DNA of 64,000 nucleotides from Octopus vulgaris (Eukaryota), in NCBI GenBank assembly GCA_951406725.2, contig OX597823.1:107818001-107882000 (forward strand), read 5' to 3'. Shown here piece by piece: positions 57,284-64,000 of the stretch. The translations under genes were made by a program, and so were the position numbers. The first letter of the stretch is position 1. Each line of letters starts with the position of its first letter. Below the pieces are notes generated by a model, which saw nothing but the letters and a program-made list of their open reading frames with translations, did not search any database and was not told where the DNA came from.

Positions 57284-57489
57284 CACACCGGGCAAAGTGC
57301 TTAGCGGTATTTCGTCTGCTGTTACATTCTGAGTTCAAATTCCGCCGAGGTCGACTTTGCCTTTCATCCTTTCGGGGTCGATAAATTAAGTACCAGTTAC
57401 GCACTGAGGTCGATGTAATCGACTTAATCCGTTTGTCTGTCCTTGTTTGTCCCCTCTGTGTTTAGCCCCTTGTGGGCAATAAAGAAATA
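57284..57489 (+). mobile_element. Nin-domain SINE, 5'-truncated
   Basis: 15-bp TSD aggtgtaggtcagtg at 57269-57283 and 57490-57504. Confidence 0.9.
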
Positions 57490-57499
57490 AGGTGTAGGT

Positions 57500-57684
57500 C
57501 AGTGGTCCTCAGATACTTTTAGCCTAATTTTTATAAAATTATATTATATTTCTATAATTTTAAATTATTTGGAATTGCATAAAATATTAAAATATGTTAT
57601 GTGTTGTATTAAAACCGATTTATTTCAAATAAATCTTAACAAAATCTTATATGGCCCACTCAGTCGTATGGAACGGAACCATTG
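57500..57684. mobile_element. Old hAT MITE whose left end was the SINE target
   Basis: Imperfect TIRs cagtggtcc / ggaaccattg; 8-bp flanks gtgtaggt / gcgtagat. Confidence 0.55.
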
Positions 57685-58169
57685 GCGTAGATATTCTCAC
57701 ATTCACGCGCCTCACGCACACACACACACTCACACACACGCATACATGCGCGCGCACACTTGCACACACGCATAAACACTCGTGCAGACGCGCACATGGG
57801 CGCACACTTGCACACAGGCACACATGCACACACACTTACACACACTCGCACACGCGCACATGCGCGCACACTTGCACACACACATACACACCCACATACA
57901 CGCGCACATGCTCGCACATGCTCGCACAGTTACACACGCGCACACACTTTTACAAACTCACACGCTCGCGCATGTATTTAAACATTTTAATGATATAAGC
58001 AATATATAATTAAACAAATTGTTGAGTACATCTAATTCCATTTTAAATATGTCCCTATGAAATGTGTATGTATATTCTAACTCTCTACGTTCTTCGATAT
58101 CGCTTTCATCAATTCTTTTCTATCACTCATTGGGCTCTGGCCTTATCTCTCTCTCTCTCTCTCTCTCTC

Positions 58170-58660
58170 TCCAGATTCAAGGAGATACACTGTAACCCAC
58201 CATTGTTTGAGTGTAAGAAGTAACCGGGTGCAAAAACTGATCCTTGTAGAGACAGAACGAGGTCTCCAGTCTGTCTCAACCAGCTTTACATCATCGACAG
58301 CAGATAATATCCCACAGTGGATGTGAGATTCACCTTAGAGATCGAAGTACATCACAATAGTAATAAAAAGTGAAGATCTTAACCTCTTTCCTTCTTACCT
58401 GGTGATGGGGAAGGTGTCAGATGTGCCACTAGAAGTCCTTGGGGATTGATGGCGGCCATCTTGTCCGACGAAGAGAATGACGAAAGGTTTATGAAGATGC
58501 ACGAGTTGCACGGGGAGAACTGGTCAAATGGAACGTAAGAAAGTCAAAAGCATCCCCGGCCTGATCAGCTGTTCAAAGAGCACCGATCTTTTGTATGTGG
58601 TGCTGCCAATCACCTGAGTATCTTCTGCCCACAGCATGAATAAACGAAAGAAGACCTCCG
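58170..58660 (+). mobile_element. Degenerate LINE ORF1 fragment, paralogous to the 51-53 kb element
   Basis: TVDVRF..IKSEDLNLFPSYL and the knuckle remnant VCGAANHLSIFCP. Confidence 0.6.
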
Positions 58661-58882
58661 CTGTTGCTAAACTCATAAACACACACATATACACATCAAT
58701 AATGATGACAGCTTAACAATATTTAACAACGGCAACATGAAGATCAGCAACAACAGACAGAATTTAAAAAGTAGTAGTAATAATACGAGTAACTGTGACA
58801 GAATTTGCAAACCATAGCTACAGCAGTAGTAACTCCGATAGAAACCCTCGTGACAGCGACAAAAATCCATCCTCCACTCCTT

Positions 58883-58935
<53 letters not shown>

Positions 58936-59586
58936 GAAAAGGAATTGCTCTTTTCCCCGGGAAACACAAACATAAATACTCGCACATAGAGAAGAGATAG
59001 CGTAGGAAGTTCTTGACAGACCGAGCGCGTGATCTGAGATGCTTTCGCATTTACTGTGTCCACTGACTTGATGTTGGTGTACATGGAAATGATCCTGTCT
59101 GTAGTAAGGAGACCGAAATCTGCTGTCTTGAGGCAGTCACCAAGTAACAACAGTCGACCCTGCCGAAAACTTTCAACATGGAGTGGAGATTGTCCAATGA
59201 AACGCGTCCCACCTACATGAAGTGAAAAAGTAGATGCAGTGATGGCGGAGTGGTTATGGAATTCACTTCATAGCCACGAGCTCTCGGTTCGTTCCCTAGG
59301 CATATTGGGCAATGTTTCATCTTGCATAAATCTTATGTTGACGGACAGTGTATAGAAGCCCGTCGGGTGGACTTCCTGCAATTCAAACATTCATCTTCGT
59401 TGCACTGATTCATCCCGGGGAAAAGAGCAATTCATTTTCTTTGTGTGTGTGTGTGTGTGTGTGTGTGTTAAGGATTTCTGTTGAATGATCAATGTTACTC
59501 TGCACTCTATAATTACACACATACATATATTCACTTATATATAAGCGTATATGCATATGCATATGTATATATATATATATATATAT

Positions 59587-60150
59587 ATCGTGAAGTATAT
59601 TTGCCACTTAAATGTAGCTAACCCCTAAGGGTGGATGCTACTGTAGCATGAAGCCCTAGGAGGACATCTCCTCCAGCTGGCTATTGACACACTTTCTGTG
59701 CCCTAACAATATTTGCAAAGGGAAGCCATCTTTCCCGTCTACACACGGACTCGAGTTTCTGGGTATTGACCCGTCATCAGCGGGCGACAATCACTAGTTG
59801 TCGATGAAAAGTAGGCCTCCCCTTACAAATGTATATCCTTTTTCCAGTGACGAAAAGTCACTGATATCGAAAAAATGTAAACAAACAATTATAAATCTCT
59901 GAGCGAGGTATAGACAGTAGCTATAGAGTCCGTGTGTATCATAGGTTGAAAACGGGAAAGATGACTTCCATTTGCAAATACTGATAGCGCACAGAAAGTG
60001 TGTCAATAACCAGCTGGAGGAGATGTCCTCCTAGGGCTACAAGCTACAGTAGCATCCAACCTTAGGGGTTAGCCACATTTAAGTGGCAAATATACTTCAC
60101 GATGTGTTACAGCTACTGTCTATACCTCGCTCAGAGATTTACTATTGCTT
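59587..60150. mobile_element. Retrozyme-like repeat family B: minus-strand unit (59587-59925) joined head-to-head to a plus-strand partial unit (59926-60150)
   Basis: Long inverted repeat; circularly permuted ~355-nt monomer; hammerhead on the minus strand; (TA)n flanks. Confidence 0.8.
59741..59785 (-). ncRNA. Minimal type I hammerhead ribozyme
   Basis: Minus strand: cccg-CTGATGA-c gggt caat accc a-GAAA-C tcga G-TC-cgtgtg, with palindromic stem III actcgagt. Confidence 0.75.
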
Positions 60151-60390
60151 ATATATATATTTATATAAAGGGAACAAAAACGCAAAAGAGGGCTGCAAAA
60201 CGTTCGGACAGATAAACGACACAAAGGCGGACAAGAGAAACAACAATTAGAAGGACAGACAAAAATGATGGGTTATTCTTGGCTTTCTTTCTTCAGTCAA
60301 GTGCCAGAAGTCACGACCATTTCGGACAGTTACACTTGAGATGGTTCGGTCTGGTTGACCCTAAAAATGTCTATGCTAAGAGTATTAGAC

Positions 60391-60445
<55 letters not shown>

Positions 60446-62289
60446 CATATATATGATATCGGTTGCTAATTCACAATTTTACAACCTAAACGGCAAAAGT
60501 ATATATGTCACTAAAGAGAACAAGGCCACTAATCAGCACCAGTGTTGCTAGAAATAACAGACAAAACAACTCAAAAGCCAAATAGCCATTAAGATAGTGC
60601 TTTTGTTGGCTATTGAGTTGTTTTGACTCTTGTAAACCGATTCTTCTGGAACGCGTGGGACAAATATGTAGGGTTGGTCAGATGAGGGTTGGGATGATGA
60701 CTATTTCCTTCTCATATACACATGTTGTTACCTTTACAAAATAATTTTTAATATTAAATTTTTTTATTTTAATTCTTAATTTTTAATATTTACTTTTTAT
60801 TTTTAATATTAAATTTTCTTATTTTAATTCTTAATTTTTAATATTTACTTCAATAAATTGGCATCTCTCAATTTTTAGATATTTCTAATGTCAATTTTAA
60901 TTTCTTAATTTTTGTTTTTTTACGTTTTAATATTTTTTCTTATTTAATTAATTTTTCCTGTTTAGTCTTTATTTGTAAATGTTTAATTTTTTAATCCTAA
61001 GTTTTAAAAAAATTATATTTATTTCATTTTAGTTTTAATTCTTAAATCTTAATTTTTAAAAATTAAAAAAATTTTGCTTTCAATTTTCCCTTTTGAATTT
61101 CACTTATAAATAGTGGCAATATTTTCCTTAAAATCTCATAATTAAGTCGACCAGATTTGTCCCACTCGAACAGTTAAATGGTTCGGTGATATTTCTTGGG
61201 TTACATCAATGGTGTTTTTTTTTCTGTAACGGACACGAACGACAACTGAAGAACAAATGCAGTGAGTCGGATGAAAGTATATTCGATGCTACCGGGAAAT
61301 TCCGAGTTCTGGATGTAAATGTTTCATGCTTTTATTATATTTCTTATATAGGCCTCTATTTCAACGATATTGAAATCTTCTTTTGTCGAGACATACAAGA
61401 TACACACACACACACATTGTTCTGTTTTGGCACGAACGGATAGTTTCGACGAGAAGGGATTACTACAGGATAAAAATTTGTTGTTTTGTCTATTTTACAA
61501 GCAGGAAATTTCGGAGCATTGATTGTCGATACCAATACTTGAAACAAATAAAAAGTTTGTATTGCATACAATATTGCAATTGTACCGTAATGTGTGAGAA
61601 CACTTCAGTATATGACAATGAGACAAATAACAAAAAATAAAGAAAATTTAAAGAACAAACAGAAAACAGATATAATCATGAGATAAAAGGATAAACTCGA
61701 AAGTCTAAACAACGGGAGTTTAATGTGCGACACCGCAAATAGGTGCAACATAAACAAAAGTAACTCCAATAACTACAAACAAACAATCAACAGCAACAAC
61801 AATATATATATGTATACACACGCTTTTCGAGCGAAACAAAATAATAAACAAAATACGTTTTGGCTTTCCCCACGTGGCCACCAAGTGTAGTTTCAGACCA
61901 CGACTTCTTTTTCCAGAACAAATTGCTACAACGTGTGTAGCTTTAATGATTCGCTAGCGAACAACAAGTTCTGTAAGGTGCCAAGAATATGTTGTTATGG
62001 AAAGGGCTTGTGAACAGTTTCAGTCAGAGCAAGCAAGAAAAAGCCCATGCTTAGCTGTTATGTAAGTACAGTATTCCTTAATAAATAAAGCTTACTCTAT
62101 CTATATCTACATGGTGTGCTCTCATCACTTCAGAAAGCTGACTGTGGTCCGTTCCATAACCTTTGTGCATATTATTCAAGTAGTTCTCTTCTCTTAAAAG
62201 TACTGTGAAAGCCATGTCACTGCTTTGACGAAAGAGAGAGCCAACTCATTCTTTCTGATTTCTTTCTACTGTCGTTCAGTTTTCTTTTT

Positions 62290-63030
62290 CTTTTTGCTTT
62301 TGACTTTCTCTGTTGAGCCAGTTTGATACTAAGTTGGTATTTGAATCTTTGTCTTTGGTCTCCTCAATGTCGTTTGCCGTTAACGAATTCGCTGTAAGAA
62401 TGGTCCGCGGGGTTCTTGAAGGGACTATTCAGATGACATGTCCTGACCATTTAAGACGAGACTCAAGGATGGCAGTTTCAATGCTCGGTATTTTTGAGCA
62501 ATTGAGGAGTTCGTTGTTGGTGGGTCGGACCTGCTCTTTGATGCTGAGAATCTGCCGAAGCTTGGCTTGTTGGAAAGGATCAAGCTTTTACAGGTTTTTT
62601 TCGATACAGGGCCCATGTCTCACAGGCGTAGAACAATGTGAGTAGAACGGTGCGGAAAACCAAGAGTTTTGTGTGGAGGGAGAGCACTTGGTTGTTGAAT
62701 ACTCACTTGCTGAGTCTTCTGAAAGCCCAATGAAGCGGATTTGATGCGGTGGTCGATGTCTCTTTCGAATGTTCCAGATTATGAGAGAGTGTTGCCGAGG
62801 TATTGAAAGTCGTTAACAAATTCCGGAGGCGTCTACCCAATGTTGAGGGTAACTTCTGGTATTTCTTGTCCAGGAACAGGTTGCGCCCGTATTTTCATTT
62901 TGTCTGCATTCACTTCCATCCTAAAGCGATTGGAGTTTTGGATCTCGGACGGTCAAGTTTAAAGATTCTGCCGTCCAGGCGATAGCGAAGTCAACACCAG
63001 GAGAATCGCGTGGGATCTCGTTCGTTGAGC
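62290..63030 (-). mobile_element. RTE LINE RT/C-terminal fragment (degenerate)
   Basis: RYRLDGRIF, FQYLGNTL, ETWALY..KLRQILSIK..SIETAILESRLKWSGHV remnants. Confidence 0.8.
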
Positions 63031-63385
63031 ATCGCCGCTCATCAGTTCATGAGGTTAGTGCTTTGTGTGGTTACTCGAATCGTTTTTGATTATTTGTTTA
63101 TTAACATGCCTTTAGATTTTAGTTGCTACTATTATAATATATTTAATATATTATAGTATTTTATTGTATTTACACTATACACTTCGACCGTTTGAACTAG
63201 CGATAGCTTTCAAAGGTCTTTCTCATGAGTTGAAAGAGGCGAGCTATCCTTTTAATCCGGACTATCAGCGAGATCTTTTGATGAGAATTAAGATTATAAT
63301 GATCAGAGTTCGAAATCACGTATTAAAGATATATCTATTTACTTCAGTTTGTGAATTTATCTCACCGTAGAAAGGTGCTTTGGCT

Positions 63386-63939
63386 CGATCCCCTCGAAAC
63401 CGGTCCGTGTGTAGCATCCGTATCTTCGGGGAGGCTGATCTCCCTTTACAGGCTAGCAAGGACACCGTGATGGTGTCGGCTCTCCTGGTGACGTCTATAG
63501 TCGCCTGGGGCTAAATGCATCAGTAACACCCCCACCACCCCGCCCTGTCCCTAGCCACATTCAGATGGCTGGTCCCGCTTATATTACAGAGCAGTTACTG
63601 TTTATACCTCGCTTAGAGATTTATTATTGTTATCGAACAGATTTTCGACGCCAGTGACTGTGTTTACAGTGAAAATCTATATAATTCTAGCCTGTAGAGG
63701 AAGTCCCTCAACGAAGAACGGTGCTTGCCATGCGCTGACGAGAGGCGACCACCTCGAAACCGGTCCGTGTGTAGTATCCGTATCTTCGGGGAGGCTGATC
63801 TCCCTTTACAGGCTAGCAAGGACACCGTGATGGTGTCGGCTCTCCTGGTGAAGTCTATAGTCACCTGGGGCTAAATGCATCAGTAACACCCCCACCACCC
63901 CGCCCTGTCCCTAGCCACATTCAGATGGCTGGTCCCGCT

Positions 63940-63946
<7 letters not shown>
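63386..63946 (+). mobile_element. Retrozyme-like repeat family A: ~1.55 tandem copies of a 360-bp unit
   Basis: cctcgaaaccggtccgtgtgtag recurs at 63392 and 63752 (period 360). The repeated ~190 bp are nearly identical and the array ends in (TA)n. Confidence 0.88.
63729..63771 (+). ncRNA. Minimal type I hammerhead ribozyme, predicted cleavage after C63765
   Basis: catgcg-CTGACGA-gagg cgacca cctc-GAAA-C cg G-TC-cgtgtg. Canonical core, 6-bp stem I including GU pairs, 4-bp stem II, palindromic accggt stem III. Confidence 0.88.

Positions 63947-64000
<54 letters not shown>

Noticed and set aside
60270-60335. Minus-strand GAAA...CTGAAGA (type II hammerhead order) in a repeat
   Set aside because: Stem III and stem I pairing are inadequate in this copy.
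61990-62132. Possible solo LTR (TG...AATAAA...CA)
   Set aside because: No convincing TSD, PBS or second copy.

Overview
Eukaryotic, gene-poor and extremely microsatellite-rich DNA. The tRNA-derived and Nin-domain SINE families and the repeat landscape suggest an octopod cephalopod (inference). No host protein-coding gene is recognisable, and nearly all listed ORFs are simple-repeat artefacts. The window is a mosaic of SINEs, CR1/Jockey/RTE LINE pieces (one CR1 RT ORF is still intact), Tc1/mariner relics, hAT MITEs, a Helitron, a Helentron-type element and Penelope fragments. The most notable signal is a pair of divergent ~355-360 nt non-coding repeat families at 59.6-60.15 kb and 63.4-63.95 kb, with a further fragment at 53.6 kb. 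Each carries a minimal type I hammerhead ribozyme. They share a covarying secondary structure that closes the ribozyme when the monomer is circularised, so they are candidate retrozymes (circular-RNA retroelements) with a second, unassigned conserved RNA domain. Also notable are a TSD-flanked ORF1(gag)-only retroelement whose 3' tail resembles the Nin-SINE tail, a bipartite non-autonomous RTE, and several locally templated duplications. All alignments and folds were done by eye.
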